A stretch of 64,000 nt of DNA from Thermoproteota archaeon (GCA_027491415.1 JAOZFH010000063.1:1-64000), one strand, 5' to 3'. Numbered from the stretch's first letter, positions 30,237 through 41,369 are shown. Numbers and translations are program-made. The notes: generated from the letters alone by a model not told the origin.

Positions 30237-32067
30237 CGCACTTTGTCTGCAATTAGTAAAATTGTAGCAGCCGACCGATATCTGCCGTGCATGTCGAGCC
30301 AAACTGAAAAGCGCGCTGAGGCTGACTGGCTACGAAATGCTGGCGATCGCTTGGCAGATTCTCCTGGGGGAGGACATCCCTGAATCACGAACGTGCCGTT
30401 GGATGAGGCAAGCGTGGCCAGAACCATTTCTTCACCGTGCTTGTCGGTGAGGTAGACCAGCCGCCAGGTCAGGTCGTGGATCTCAGCGAGAGTGATATTC
30501 AGCATCTCGTAAACATCGAGTCCCCTGTCCTCCAACTCAACTAGCCCCCCGAGGAGAGCGTATGCAGCCGGGTCACCAGCCCGCGCCTGGCCCAGCTGGG
30601 CCCTGAACTCCGGGCTATAGTCGCCATACTTCGCCCTGTAAATGAGTTCCCTTACGTAGATCCACTTCCGCGCGAGCTCCTCTCTCATCGTCTCCAGCTT
30701 AACCTCCTCGGCGGCAAACTCCCTGGAGTCCGGCTGGTACTCCTGACCCTCGGATATGAGAAAGAGCGCACTTAGCACACCGTGCCTCTCTGAGAGCAGC
30801 AGGATCAGACGGGTCAGATTCTCCACCTCAACGGCCGTGGCGTTTATTGCATCGGCAAGTTCCACGTCTCCAACATCGGGGAAATCGGAGAGCCAACTTT
30901 GAGCCGTGAAGTTGCTCTCCCTTGCCTCCTCAAGCGCCCTGCTGAACTCGGGGCTGTAGCTCCCGGTCAACGCCCTTCGAACGAGCTGCTCCAGGTGCGC
31001 CTGCTTCTGCATCAGTTCTTCTCCCACCATGCCCTTGAACAGCAGCTCTCATACCACATCCACACCGCATCCTCTTCCGGGTAGATCAGCGTGGAGTTCC
31101 AGACCGTCTTCTCGACGAACGACAGGTTGGAGAGGTCGAGGTCATAGCCCGGCACCCAAGGGACGCACACCACTCCGGTTACCGACTCGTTGTTCGCGGG
31201 CTCCTCGAGCATGGACCTGACAACGTCCAGAACCTCCTCAGCCGGGATCTTGGGGCTGGCCAGCACGAGGTACTGGGTCTTCCAGTCCTCCGAGAAGAAC
31301 GTGACCTCGTGCCAGAAGTGCGGGTGGCTGGGGCTCTCCCCCCTCATGAGGTGAGCGTAAACAGGCCTGCCGCCCACCTCCAGGAGGAGATCCTCGGCAT
31401 CCGGGACGGTCAGGACGACCGAGGTCCCATCCCTGAACCGGTACCTGTAGGTGGTCGCCCCCGGCTCCCTGGTCACGATCACATTGTCGACCTGATCCAA
31501 GGGGGCCGCAGGGTTCCTCTCGGCCAGCAGCTCCAGCGGGTCCTTGGGAGGGCTCTGAGCCCGCTTCACAAATCCCTCCATCAGCGACTCAGACGCCTCC
31601 GGCGGGAGATCTGGGTGATGAATCTCTATTATGACCATTCCACCGGACAGGATAACCTCGGGTACGCTGATGATCCCACCCTCTTCTATCCCACCCGGGG
31701 CGTAGACGAGGTGCACCGTGACCCGCCCGTCGTCAGAGGAGTACCAGACGCCCGCCAGCTCAAGGCCCGGCGGGGTCACGCTGGGCGCGAGCAGTTCAAA
31801 CTGGGCCCTGTCGTGGGCCTCACGGAGCGAGAGCCGCTCCCCGGGTATAGGCTCTGGCGGGGGCGCCCACGCGCCGGACGACGACTGAGGGTGGCGGGCC
31901 GCGGACAGGTCTGATCTACCCCGCCCCCGGCCTTGGTGGATCAAGAATACTCCCAATCCGGCGGCGACGAGGGCGAGCAGGAGGCACGCGGCCAGCGCGT
32001 GAGGCCTCACTTCCCTAGCACTCCCACCACGTTCGTAAAAATTCCTTAATCGCCAAGTGCCTAACAC
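30233..32067 (-). pseudogene. membrane-anchored protein (DUF4367-like domain plus two helical repeats), split by a frameshift near 31050
   Basis: TM helix, LSLREA...LAPSVTPPGL motif; removing 2 nt at GAGAG joins the ORFs (MWYELLFKGMVGEE); repeats GSYSPEF/GDYSPEF. Confidence 0.65.
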
Positions 32068-32160
32068 AGCCTCCTGACTGCCGCCACGATGACAAACTCT
32101 TCAACTCGATCCGTAATGGTATCTGCCAGGTCAGCCCAGCGGCCTGAACCTCCCTCCCTC

Positions 32161-32550
32161 CTATTCGGCGGCTCCCCTCACGCTCTCGTCCGAGCCCACA
32201 TAGACCAGCCTCCCGGCCAGCGCCACGGCCCCGTGAACGGAGTCAAAGAATCTCAGGCCGTACCTATCCCTCAGCTCGGCGGCCAGGGCGGCGTGGGAGA
32301 GGCTTAACCCCGGGGACTCCACCCTGGCGAACGTGGAGATGACAGTCTGCATGGCGCCCAGGGCCCTCGCAATGCTTGAGTCGTCGAGCCCGGCGGACCT
32401 CATGACGAGGGCCGCCTCCAGCGGCGCGGCCGGGGACAGATTTATCACCACCCTCCCGGCTCGGGCCTCCTCTAGCAGCGCCATGACGGCGTAGTGAGGC
32501 CCACCCCCCTCCTAAGGCCGCAGAGGAAGTCAGTCTCCACCAGGACCCTC
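32161..32550 (-). pseudogene. vapC: frameshifted vapC
   Basis: VETDFL in one frame; LEAALV...FFDSVHGAVA...GSD in another. Confidence 0.75.
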
Positions 32551-32811
32551 TCGGGCAACGCCCCACCTCCTCGCCGCCTCCTCGATCGCGGCCTCTTCCG
32601 CCCTCTTCCTGGCCTCGCGGTCGAATCTCAGACCTCCCAAGAGCCTCTCAAGGGTCTCGAACGGGTCCTCGACCTTCTCGAGCACGATCCTGTCTCCCCT
32701 CGTGGAGACCCTCAGCCGGTCCCCGGGCCTCACCCCCGGGGCCGACCTCACCTCCCTGGGGAGCGTGACCCTCCCCCTATAGTCGACGACGACCGTTTCT
32801 CCCATCAACAT
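32530..32811 (-). CDS. vapB: AbrB-type VapB antitoxin
   Basis: VDYRGRVTLPREVR...PGDRL. Confidence 0.9.
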   Translation of the reverse strand: MLMGETVVVDYRGRVTLPREVRSAPGVRPGDRLRVSTRGDRIVLEKVEDPFETLERLLGGLRFDREARKRAEEAAIEEAARRWGVAREGPGGD

Positions 32812-32951
32812 TCATAGGTGGGTCCCACAAAATAATTATTGTGGGCATAAAGAAACGCGAGGGTCCGCTCAGGCCCAGAATGCCGTCCGTGGAAGCTAAA
32901 TTCGACCGATCGTAGATGGGATCAGGGGACCCCGGGGGTAGATGACTCGGG

Positions 32952-33338
32952 ATGTCGAAGAGGGAAGAGGTCGAGCACCTCCTCCGGAGGTCGAGGGAGT
33001 TCCTGGAGACGGCCCGGCTCCAGCTGGACAGGGGATTCTACGGGCTGGCCGTGTTCAGCCTGGAGCAGTCCCTGCAGATGTTCCTCAAGGCGAGGCTCCT
33101 TGAGAGCGGGGTGTACTACCCGAGAACCCACAGCCTTAGGAGGCTGCTGGAGATGCTGGCAGAGGCGTCGCCAGACTCCGCCGAGGCCCCGCGCGGGGTC
33201 CTGAGGAGGTTCATGCTGGAACTCGGCGCGCTCGAGGATGCCTACATAACCTCCAGGTACGTTCCCAGAGAGTTCAGGAGGGAGGACGCCGAGAGGCTGA
33301 TGGCCGTGGTCGAGGAGGTGATGAGGGCTGTCTCGTGA
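32952..33338 (+). CDS. HEPN domain protein
   Basis: EQSLQMFLKA...PRTHSL...YITSRY. Confidence 0.93.
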   Translation: MSKREEVEHLLRRSREFLETARLQLDRGFYGLAVFSLEQSLQMFLKARLLESGVYYPRTHSLRRLLEMLAEASPDSAEAPRGVLRRFMLELGALEDAYITSRYVPREFRREDAERLMAVVEEVMRAVS

Positions 33339-33645
33339 CCTGCTGATCGAGGAGGCCAGGAGGAGGCGGGAGGTATTCAGAAACCTGCGAAAGTATCTCG
33401 ATCTGATTAAAGAGGTAGCCAGGAGGATCGACCCAGGGGCCGAGGTGTACCTGTTCGGATCCGTCGCCGAGGGGACCCACACGCTGTCAAGCGACATAGA
33501 TGTGCTCGTGGTCACCACCGCCGAGCCCGCAGAGCTGCTCAAGGAGCTGTGGCTCGCGGGCGTGGGGGATCCCTTCGAGGTCCACATTCAGCCGCCTCGG
33601 ATGCTGAAGCTGTATGCTAGGAGGGGGAGGCTGATCAGGGTGTAA
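33328..33645 (+). CDS. minimal nucleotidyltransferase
   Basis: YLFGSVAEG...SDIDVLVV...PFEVH; frame extends upstream to a CTG at 33328. Confidence 0.88.
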   Translation: MSRDLLIEEARRRREVFRNLRKYLDLIKEVARRIDPGAEVYLFGSVAEGTHTLSSDIDVLVVTTAEPAELLKELWLAGVGDPFEVHIQPPRMLKLYARRGRLIRV

Positions 33646-33923
33646 GTGGAAGTGGAGAGGTTACCCCCGAGACCCTAGATGGGATCTGGGAAACATGACT
33701 CCACCGATGGGGCAGGTCTCTCTGCCGGGAGCTACTAGTTTTTCTGCAGGGCTCTCCCTTCTCTTCACGCTTGGCCTCGTTCTAGCCTTGACTGGATACC
33801 CCAGCTGAGGCCCGAACCCTCCGCAGCCCCTCCCGAGACCCCCCTCCTTCCAACTAGGCATCCTAAATACCCTGCTTGTAATGCTTTCCTCATCATGCTC
33901 TCTGGCTAAATCGTTCTTCCCAA

Positions 33924-33974
33924 AAAAGTTTCATAAAAGTATTAGAAATGTGTTAAAGCGCAGAACTTAAAATC
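33924..33974 (+). promoter_or_regulatory. 51-bp AT-rich upstream element, copy 1
   Basis: 45/51 identical to the reverse complement of 47071..47121. Confidence 0.8.
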
Positions 33975-34013
33975 AGAACATCTCGTGATTATTGTAGCCA
34001 AGGCGTAGATGCT

Positions 34014-34715
34014 ATGGGGGTGGCAAAAATGTCCTACAAGAAGATGTTATTGATCTCTATTTCAACACTACTTATAACTTTCACAGGTATTTTTATCGTA
34101 TCTGCGGCTGTTGGCCCTCCGATCGATGTTGGTGGGAAAAACTGTGCTACAAGCCTCTGCACCAGTCGGCTTCACAGAACAGGCGTAAACGGGTATATAT
34201 CAGTCTCTAACCCTTACGTCCCCTCTGGAGAGTTCACGGCGCGCTACTTTGGCATAAAGGATGGCTCTGGATTCATAGGCTTCGGATGGGGGAAGGGGTA
34301 TAACCCAGTATGCGGATACTTGAACTCTCCCACGGCCTACATAGACTATGTGAAGGTGAAGAAAAGTGGTAGCGAATACGATTGCATTGTTATAGGGGAG
34401 GTATCCACGACGTCTCACAGATTTGCCCTCGCCTTTGATATAGACGAGAGAAGATGGGAATTCTACCTCGACGGCTCCCTAGTCCACACCTTGCCGAGTG
34501 GCATCGCCCCGAAAGATGACGATGGAAAAGCCCTTTCTTACTCTGAATCCGGCGCTAATGCGGTCTATCCTGACATGAGCGGTCACTTCTACGACCTGTG
34601 GTACTACGAGGGTGAGTACGGAGGCTGGTGGGACGCCTTCTATCCAGTGGACGGCTCCGACTACTACAAAGTCAACAAAATAGCTAATTGGGAGTTTTAC
34701 GTCGTGAGGGGGTGA
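34014..34715 (+). CDS. secreted beta-sandwich protein, glutamic-peptidase-like (paralogue of 43783..44481)
   Basis: signal peptide; GVNGYI, TARY, FGWGKGY, GHF, EFYVxRG shared with the paralogue; AT-richer. Confidence 0.75.
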   Translation: MGVAKMSYKKMLLISISTLLITFTGIFIVSAAVGPPIDVGGKNCATSLCTSRLHRTGVNGYISVSNPYVPSGEFTARYFGIKDGSGFIGFGWGKGYNPVCGYLNSPTAYIDYVKVKKSGSEYDCIVIGEVSTTSHRFALAFDIDERRWEFYLDGSLVHTLPSGIAPKDDDGKALSYSESGANAVYPDMSGHFYDLWYYEGEYGGWWDAFYPVDGSDYYKVNKIANWEFYVVRG

Positions 34716-34720
34716 GGGAT

Positions 34721-35917
34721 ATGCGCGTAAAAATTGCGGTCTTCATGGCCGTGATTGCATCCCTAATCTTGCTCGTGTCCTTTTACTTCCTATCTCAGCA
34801 CCAGCAGGCGGCTCCACCGGTCGAGGGCCCATCCATCGGGCCCAGGTCTACAGCACCCACACTCCAGCCCGCTCAGGTTACTCCACCGAGCGGTAACTCG
34901 TCGATCGAGCCCGGATCTATAGTCCCGATATGGGCTCCCCCTGACGAGGACTACTGGGATCTCATACCGACCGAGATGGGGCTGGAGGCCTGGAGGAGGC
35001 ACGGAGGGGTCCTCCCGACATATGTGCCGAAGGGCCTGAGGTTCTTGGGCGTCGCCTGCTACTACGGGATGGAGGGCGCGAGGCAGGGAGCGCTGGATGA
35101 CCCCGAGCTGATCGTCCTAGAGTACGCCCTCGAGGGCAAGAACGTCTCGATCCACGGGAAGGTCTCCAGGCTCCTCCCGGGGCCGGACGTGGTCGTGAGC
35201 ATGGACTGGGGGGGGCTCGTCGGGAGGGGGAACGTGACCCTGGTTCGGGGGTGCCCCATGGAGGTTAGCCCCCCGGGGGAGGGCGTGGACTACTGGACGC
35301 GCCGGTGGACGACCCTGCCGGCCGCGGTCACGTTCCAAGTGGGCAACCTGACCTACACGATCTGGGGCCTGCTGCCGACGGGGGAGCTGGTCAGGATGGC
35401 GGAGTCCATGATCCCGGAGTCCGGGTGCAGGCCGGAGGACGTGAGGCCGGAGGTCCGCAGGGTGAGCGGGCGGGTGATACCGGTCGAGGACGTCCCGGAC
35501 GTCTTCGGCCTCAACCTCAGCCTGCCGAGGGTTCTGCTGGGTAATCTGGAGCTAAGGTTGGCGGTGCAGGACACCCTGGCTGGCGAGTCTCTGAGGGAGG
35601 TCACCCTGTTCTACTGCGACCACGAGTGCGGCCCCTACTCTCCCCCCGCCCCGTGGAACCCGCGAGCGCCAAACCTGACCGTCCTGATCGACACCCTCCC
35701 GGTCAACGCCACGGCCATGGAGTGGTTCCAGTACTCGATCGAGGTCGACGGGGTAAAGCTCTACGTCTGGCCCGAGGGGGCCTACCTACCGAACGGCGTC
35801 ACATTCTGGTTCGGAGGGCTGCACTACGAGATCCAGGGCTACTACCCCATCAAGGACCTCCTGGAAGTTGCCCGCGAGATAATAGCGCTTGGCTCGACGG
35901 CTCCGCCGGGGGAGTGA
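34721..35917 (+). CDS. N-anchored extracellular protein with two DUF4367-like repeats
   Basis: TM helix; LPTYVPKGL; two ...LxYxIxGxxPxxEL endings; paralogue of 42463..43776. Confidence 0.8.
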   Translation: MRVKIAVFMAVIASLILLVSFYFLSQHQQAAPPVEGPSIGPRSTAPTLQPAQVTPPSGNSSIEPGSIVPIWAPPDEDYWDLIPTEMGLEAWRRHGGVLPTYVPKGLRFLGVACYYGMEGARQGALDDPELIVLEYALEGKNVSIHGKVSRLLPGPDVVVSMDWGGLVGRGNVTLVRGCPMEVSPPGEGVDYWTRRWTTLPAAVTFQVGNLTYTIWGLLPTGELVRMAESMIPESGCRPEDVRPEVRRVSGRVIPVEDVPDVFGLNLSLPRVLLGNLELRLAVQDTLAGESLREVTLFYCDHECGPYSPPAPWNPRAPNLTVLIDTLPVNATAMEWFQYSIEVDGVKLYVWPEGAYLPNGVTFWFGGLHYEIQGYYPIKDLLEVAREIIALGSTAPPGE

Positions 35918-36049
35918 GCGAGCTGCTGGGTCACCATTAGGGTACGACTAGCGGCCTGGGCCCCCCTCGCCTAACCTTTTTCTGATGCTTAGGAGCCCTA
36001 GACCCGTCTTATTACCTCAAGCGTTGACCTCCAGCCCCAACGCTTTTTT

Positions 36050-36535
36050 ATGCCTTGGAGTTGTGACGAGATGGCTCACAGGGGACAACCAGCAGGCCGC
36101 TTGCCCGCGGCCTGGGCCCTTAGGTGCGGCCTGCACGACTGCCCGGGCTTCCTCGAGGATGTCCTCGGGTTCTTTCAGTCCGTACTGGGCCTCCTATGGC
36201 TCGAGGCCCTCCTCGCCGCGTCCTCGGACTGGCTGAGGGGCAGGCCGCTGCTGGCGTTCGCCCTGGGCTCCGCGGCCCTCTACTCCGTCCTCATGTCCCC
36301 GACCTCGGCCACGTTCCTGCACAAGGCCCTCGCGTATGGGAGCCGCTGGCCCCTAGAATATCTCGTTGGCCTCTTCCTCCCTCCGACCGTACTCTCGATC
36401 GCCTGGGGGTTCGGCGCCGCGGTCACATCCGGGCTGATCGGGATGGAGAGGGAGAGGAGGGAGCAGGGATACGTCATCACTGCCCTGGCGGCCCTGGCCG
36501 CCGGCCTGTTCATCTTCCTGATCACCCCACTGTGA
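36050..36535 (+). CDS. small multi-TM protein, family A
   Basis: WLEALLAASSDWLRGRPLLAFALGS shared with 38290..38778; start uncertain. Confidence 0.75.
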   Translation: MPWSCDEMAHRGQPAGRLPAAWALRCGLHDCPGFLEDVLGFFQSVLGLLWLEALLAASSDWLRGRPLLAFALGSAALYSVLMSPTSATFLHKALAYGSRWPLEYLVGLFLPPTVLSIAWGFGAAVTSGLIGMERERREQGYVITALAALAAGLFIFLITPL

Positions 36536-36655
36536 AGACCCCTGGGGCGCGCCGACTCCCTCTCGGGGCGCGTGTGGCCAGCGGGAACTTTCTGAGACCT
36601 CAGCCCGCCCGTTTCTTACCTCAACCGCGCGACGACTCGGGGGCGCGGGGAGGTG

Positions 36656-37867
36656 TCACGCCACGACCGCCAGGAACAGGTGAATATTCTCCTCGTCGAG
36701 GATCCTGACGCCCCTCGGATACCTCCTGTGGGGCTTCCCCGCCTTGACCTCCACCCTCAGGCCGTCCGCGAGGGCGTCGACCTCGTGCGAGTTCCGGTAG
36801 TAGAAGACCTCGCCGAACCTCCTGAGGAGGTGGGCCTGGACCACCCACTCGTACAGGGCCCCCTCCAGGAAGTCGGTCACGGTCCAGATGGACATAGCCC
36901 CGGCCGTGAAGGGATCCAGGAAGAAGAACTTCCTCTCCTTCCGCCACACCACCCTGCCGCCCCTCCTCAGCATCGCGCTGCCCAAGACCATCAGGGCCCT
37001 CAGCACCTCCACGTACTCCCTGACGGTCCTGTGGGACACGGAGAGGTCGGAGCCTATGGAGGCGTAGGACACGGGCGAGGGAGCCTTCCTCAGTATGGAG
37101 GAGATGACCCCCCTGGCGAGCTGGGGGTCCCGGCCGGCCCTCAGGATCTCTCCCTCGAGCGACCTCACCGTGTACTCCACCGCCCTGGGGTCTCGGTTCA
37201 CAGAGAGGGGGAACCCACCGACCTCCAGATAATCCAGGAACAGCTCCCTTATCTCCCTGGACTTTGGGAGGAGCCTGGCCACGTCCCTGTCCAGGTCCCC
37301 CGTAGTCCTGACCTCCACGCCCATAACCCCGAGGAACTCCCTGAAGGAGAGGGGCCACGCCACCACCTCCCTACCCGAGCCCATCCTGCCCGGGAACAGC
37401 TCGGCCTCCCCCCTCAGCCTCAGCGACGAGGAGCCGGTCAGCACCAGCACGTCCCTCGAGAAGAAGCCCGCGTCCACGTACCCCTTTATGACCCTCCACC
37501 ACCCCCTCAGGCTCGTCACCTCGTCCAAGAACAGGTAGCTGGACCTCACGCCGGAGGCCCTCCTGAAGGAGTGGTACTCCTCCAGCATGGCCCTCAGCGA
37601 GCCGGGATCCGGGGCCAGGTCGAGGTTGATGTAGAGGATCGCCTCCGGCCTAACTCGCCTCAGGAGCTCGTCTATTAGCAGGTGAATGCCGGTCGTCTTG
37701 CCCACGAGCCTCGGTCCGATCAGGATGTTGAGGGAGTAGGGCTCCAGGCTTATCCGATCGAGCCAGGCGGGCCTCCACCTGATCTTCCTCCTCCTCCACT
37801 CCGTGATCACGGGGCTCTCCTTACCCACCCACCAGGGGTTGAGGAGGGGCAGGACGTCGGTCGGCAC
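36656..37867 (-). CDS. AAA_14-type ATPase with DUF4143/PD-(D/E)xK tail
   Basis: GPRLVGKTT, FLDEV, TGSS, PLSFREF, EVD...VEVK. Confidence 0.92.
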   Translation of the reverse strand: MPTDVLPLLNPWWVGKESPVITEWRRRKIRWRPAWLDRISLEPYSLNILIGPRLVGKTTGIHLLIDELLRRVRPEAILYINLDLAPDPGSLRAMLEEYHSFRRASGVRSSYLFLDEVTSLRGWWRVIKGYVDAGFFSRDVLVLTGSSSLRLRGEAELFPGRMGSGREVVAWPLSFREFLGVMGVEVRTTGDLDRDVARLLPKSREIRELFLDYLEVGGFPLSVNRDPRAVEYTVRSLEGEILRAGRDPQLARGVISSILRKAPSPVSYASIGSDLSVSHRTVREYVEVLRALMVLGSAMLRRGGRVVWRKERKFFFLDPFTAGAMSIWTVTDFLEGALYEWVVQAHLLRRFGEVFYYRNSHEVDALADGLRVEVKAGKPHRRYPRGVRILDEENIHLFLAVVA

Positions 37868-38289
37868 TTGATACTTTGACTACCAAATAATATATAAATA
37901 GTTGGGAGAGTTGGTAACATGTAGTTCCCCGCAAGCGCGCGCCGTGTCGCGCGGGCTGCGCCCGGAACCTCGTCGGTTACGTCCGTAGCCGCGGACGACC
38001 CGGATATCCACTTAGGACCCGCAGCCTCCCGCGCCCCTTTATCAGCCACCGGGTATAGTTTCGCCAGGATGGTAGGCAGGGTTGCCTCCAGAGCCCTCGC
38101 TCTGGCCCTGGCGACGCTCTGAGGGCTCGGCTGCGCCCTCTTCGCCTCTTCGGGACCTCCAGCTTGGCATGAGAAGGTCGTTCTCGAGGTCACAAAGACT
38201 GACCTAGGGGGGAATCGGCATCAAACTCAGGCTGGGTGGGTGGAGATTCTGGGCTAACACTTTAGTGCCTTCTGAGGTGAGTAGAGGCG

Positions 38290-38778
38290 GTGCGTGAGGT
38301 GAACCGCCGCCAGCCGGCCGCCTGTGCGCTCACGATCCTGCTCCCGCCAGCCGCATGGGCCTTGACCTGCGGCTGGCTGGACTGCTCGTTCTTCCTCGTG
38401 GAGCTGGGAAGGCTCCTCCAGCCGATCCTCTCGTTGATCTGGCTCGAGGCCCTCCTCGCCGCGTCATCGAGCTGGCTGAGGGGCAGGCCGCTGCTGGCGT
38501 TTACCCTTGGCTCACTTGGCGTCTTCTCCACGCTGACTTCTCCCTTCCTGTGCCCAGAACTCCGCTGGATCCTGGCCGAAGGCCTTGCGGAGTCCCTGCG
38601 GGATCTCCTGGGCACTCCGCTCCTCCTCCCGCCCGCCCTCCTCTCCATCTCCTGGGGCCTCGGCGCCGCCGTGGCATCCGGCCTCCTTGGAGAGGGAAGG
38701 AGGGAGGCTGGATATGTGTTAACAGCCCTCGTCGCAGTCGTCGTGGCTCTTTTCACGTTCATGTTGGTCTGGGATTAA
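38290..38778 (+). CDS. small multi-TM protein, family A
   Basis: paralogue of 36050..36535. Confidence 0.78.
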   Translation: MREVNRRQPAACALTILLPPAAWALTCGWLDCSFFLVELGRLLQPILSLIWLEALLAASSSWLRGRPLLAFTLGSLGVFSTLTSPFLCPELRWILAEGLAESLRDLLGTPLLLPPALLSISWGLGAAVASGLLGEGRREAGYVLTALVAVVVALFTFMLVWD

Positions 38779-38859
38779 TCTCCAGGCCGAGCCTGTGCTG
38801 AGACCTGTCCCTGAGTCAACCACGGTAGCTCGCTGAACTAGGTGAAGCTCGGTGTCCCT

Positions 38860-39297
38860 TGCCCTCGCGCGTCTCGCGCGGACGGCCAAGACCTCACCTG
38901 GCTGAGCCATATCACATGGGGGGTCGCACTGCGGGTGGACCTAAACGTGGCCCGTGGCCACAAGCTACGTCTGCGAGCCCGTCTACGGCTGGGAGGCGCG
39001 GCAGGACGGTTGGGGCAGTCCCCACCCAGCGAGCGACTACGACCGCTACCACGTGAGGCTCTGGAAGGTCCACAAGTGGTGCTACGGCAGGGTCGACGTG
39101 GTGGGGCAGGCCCACGTGGACACAAATTTCCCTCACAGGGCCGTCTTATTCGAAGCCGCGGAGGAAGAGGCCGTCAAGGCCTTCAGCCTCTAACTCCCGG
39201 CTACGAGGACTGGATGCCGGAGGGGGAGGTCATCTGGCTGGGCAACTACGACAAGGGAGGTAACGGCTGGGCCGACATCATAAGGCACGATGGGTAA
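38860..39297 (+). pseudogene. C-terminal fragment of an LssY_C-like protein, frameshifted
   Basis: RYHVRLW...GQAHVD...PH...FEAAEE, then EGEVIWLGNYDKGGNGWA. Confidence 0.6.
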
Positions 39298-39383
39298 CCT
39301 CAGCCGCCTTCTTCCTCACTATTTTCTGAAAAAACTTAGGAACTTCGGTCAAGCTTATTACTTCGGCCCGCTTTCAGATCCGC

Positions 39384-39884
39384 GTGGGCTGGAGAGACGC
39401 CTCGGCCTTCCTCTACATCTGGCTCGCCCTGCTCCTCTTCATGGCCCTCGCCCCTCCCCTGGCGGGCCTCCTCGCCAGGTGCAGAACCGCCATGGGAGTC
39501 GCCTGGACCCTGACTGGCGACCTCGCGTACCGTCCTCCCGGGCTCCTCTTCACCGTCCCCGAGTCCCTCAGGCTCGCGTACGAGCTGTCCACCCTCCTGT
39601 TCGTCCCTCCCATCATAGCCGCCCTGGCTTCCCTGTCGAGGCCCCTTAGGGACGAGCCTGCAGCGGCCTTCCTCCTTGGGTTCCTCACGTTCTCCCTTAG
39701 CCCGTTCAGCTGGCTGCGTGCCAGGCCGCCCTACCACATCGTCATGCTTGCCGTCTCCACCATCTGGGGCCTGGGGTGCGCATCCCTGACCAAGGCGGAG
39801 GATCCAAGGGACCCCTGGGCTCGCGTGGGGTACCTCGTCCTCTTCATCACCTGGTGGTTCTCCCTCGGCGGCCTGATGGACTAG
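39384..39884 (+). CDS. small multi-TM protein, family B
   Basis: WRD...WLAL...PP...LR.E..AAF.LG...WGLGCA...D*. Confidence 0.8.
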   Translation: MGWRDASAFLYIWLALLLFMALAPPLAGLLARCRTAMGVAWTLTGDLAYRPPGLLFTVPESLRLAYELSTLLFVPPIIAALASLSRPLRDEPAAAFLLGFLTFSLSPFSWLRARPPYHIVMLAVSTIWGLGCASLTKAEDPRDPWARVGYLVLFITWWFSLGGLMD

Positions 39885-40063
39885 GGGCCCGTCTCGGCTC
39901 TCCGTCCTCCTGAGTCTCGATGACCTGGTCTCTCCTCTCCGTTCGGTAGACCAGTCGGTTGAGGCAAGCCTGTGGCGACTCATTGGGGCGCGATCCGTTC
40001 CATCGGTTTGGAGCGGAACCAGCCCCCGGAGACGTCTTATTGCCCGGCGGCCCCCCTCCCGAC

Positions 40064-40524
40064 GTGTCCTGGAGGGACGAGCCCGGATTCTTCTACACCT
40101 GGCTGGCGCTCGCCGCTCTATTGACCGCGGCCCGCCTGGCCCTCGAGTTCAGGTTGCGCGACCCCTTCTTGGAGGCCGTTTACTATCTCTCCATCATGCT
40201 GTACCTCCCTCCGGTGTTTGCCACCCTGGCCTCCCTCTCCGGGCCCCTCAGGGGAGAGTCCCTGGCGGCCTTCACCCTCGGCATCTACACATACTCCGCC
40301 TCGCCCGTGCCCGGGGCTCCGCTCGGCCTCCTGGCCTGCCTCGCCCGCCGGTGCGGCTCGTTGAGCTGGCCCACGTATCCCTAGCCTTGGTTCTGGACCT
40401 GATCTGGGGCCTAGGCTGCGCCCTCCTCGCCTCGTCAAGGAGGCCCTGGGACCTCAGGGCCCTCCCAGCCTATCCAGTCCTGTTCCTCACCTGGCGATAT
40501 GGTCTGACCCTATTGATCGACTAG
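40064..40524 (+). pseudogene. family B membrane protein, frameshifted
   Basis: VSWRDEPGFFYTWLAL; later IWGLGCA and LTLLID* in other frames. Confidence 0.75.
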
Positions 40525-40635
40525 AATCCTAATTCTGGTACGTGGATGGCGAGGGCCCCACGAGTCCAGGATCTCCCCAGGTATCGGAACCGCCACGATT
40601 TTTTATCACCCAGGCGCCTCAGAAGGTAGATCAGC

Positions 40636-41028
40636 TTGGGACTGGAGAGGGCCGACTTCCTGAGGGCCAGGGCTGCCGCCTTCTTGGAGGCCGCCAGGTC
40701 GGACCTCTCTAGGGGAGACTACGACCTGGTCCTCTTCCACGCCGAGCAGGCCATCCAGCTGTGCCTGAAGCACCTGATATTCTCGAGAGTAGGGGACTTC
40801 CCAAAGGCCCACTCCCTAGTACGCCTGATAAGGGAGGCCCTGAAGCTGGGGGGAATCCCTGGCCTGAGGGAGCTCTACGAGGAGAACCTAGAGATGATCT
40901 ACCTGCTGGAGGAGGCCTACATCTCCTCCAGATACCTTCCCCACAGCTACGGCAGGGACATAGCCGAGAGGGCCCTGAGGTTCGCTGAACACGCTCTGGG
41001 GGTGTTGGGGTGCCTGAGGAGGGCCTGA
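40636..41028 (+). CDS. HEPN domain protein
   Basis: EQAIQLCLK...PKAHSL...YISSRY. Confidence 0.93.
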   Translation: MGLERADFLRARAAAFLEAARSDLSRGDYDLVLFHAEQAIQLCLKHLIFSRVGDFPKAHSLVRLIREALKLGGIPGLRELYEENLEMIYLLEEAYISSRYLPHSYGRDIAERALRFAEHALGVLGCLRRA

Positions 41029-41369
41029 GCCTCGTGGATCTCGAGCTGGAGAGGCTGAGGGAGTGGAGGAGGTACTTGGAGGATCCGCTGAGGTACGCCC
41101 GGAGGATGAGGGAGGTGGCTAGGAGGGTAGACCCAGAGGCCAGGGTCATCCTATACGGCAGCAGGGTGTCTGGCGAGGCCAGGCCCGACAGCGACGTTGA
41201 CGTGCTCGTGGTAACGAGGGTGGCGGGGGACGCGTGGGCGAGGGCCAGGCTGAGGGTTGAGATAGCCAGGGAGATCGGAGACTACACGCCCTTCGAGATC
41301 CACATAGTCACGCCGGAGGAGTTCGAGCGCTGGTACGGCAGGTTCATCGGAGACCACATTGAGGCGTGA
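41010..41369 (+). CDS. minimal nucleotidyltransferase
   Basis: LYGSRVSG...DSDVDVLVV...PFEIH. Confidence 0.93.
   Translation: MPEEGLSLVDLELERLREWRRYLEDPLRYARRMREVARRVDPEARVILYGSRVSGEARPDSDVDVLVVTRVAGDAWARARLRVEIAREIGDYTPFEIHIVTPEEFERWYGRFIGDHIEA

Noticed and set aside
33661-33895. possible transposase remnant
   Set aside because: no convincing motif or terminal repeat
36653-37678. long antisense or alternative-frame ORFs (also 17719..18741, 22314..23258, 49365..50291)
   Set aside because: shadows of real genes, expected at this GC content
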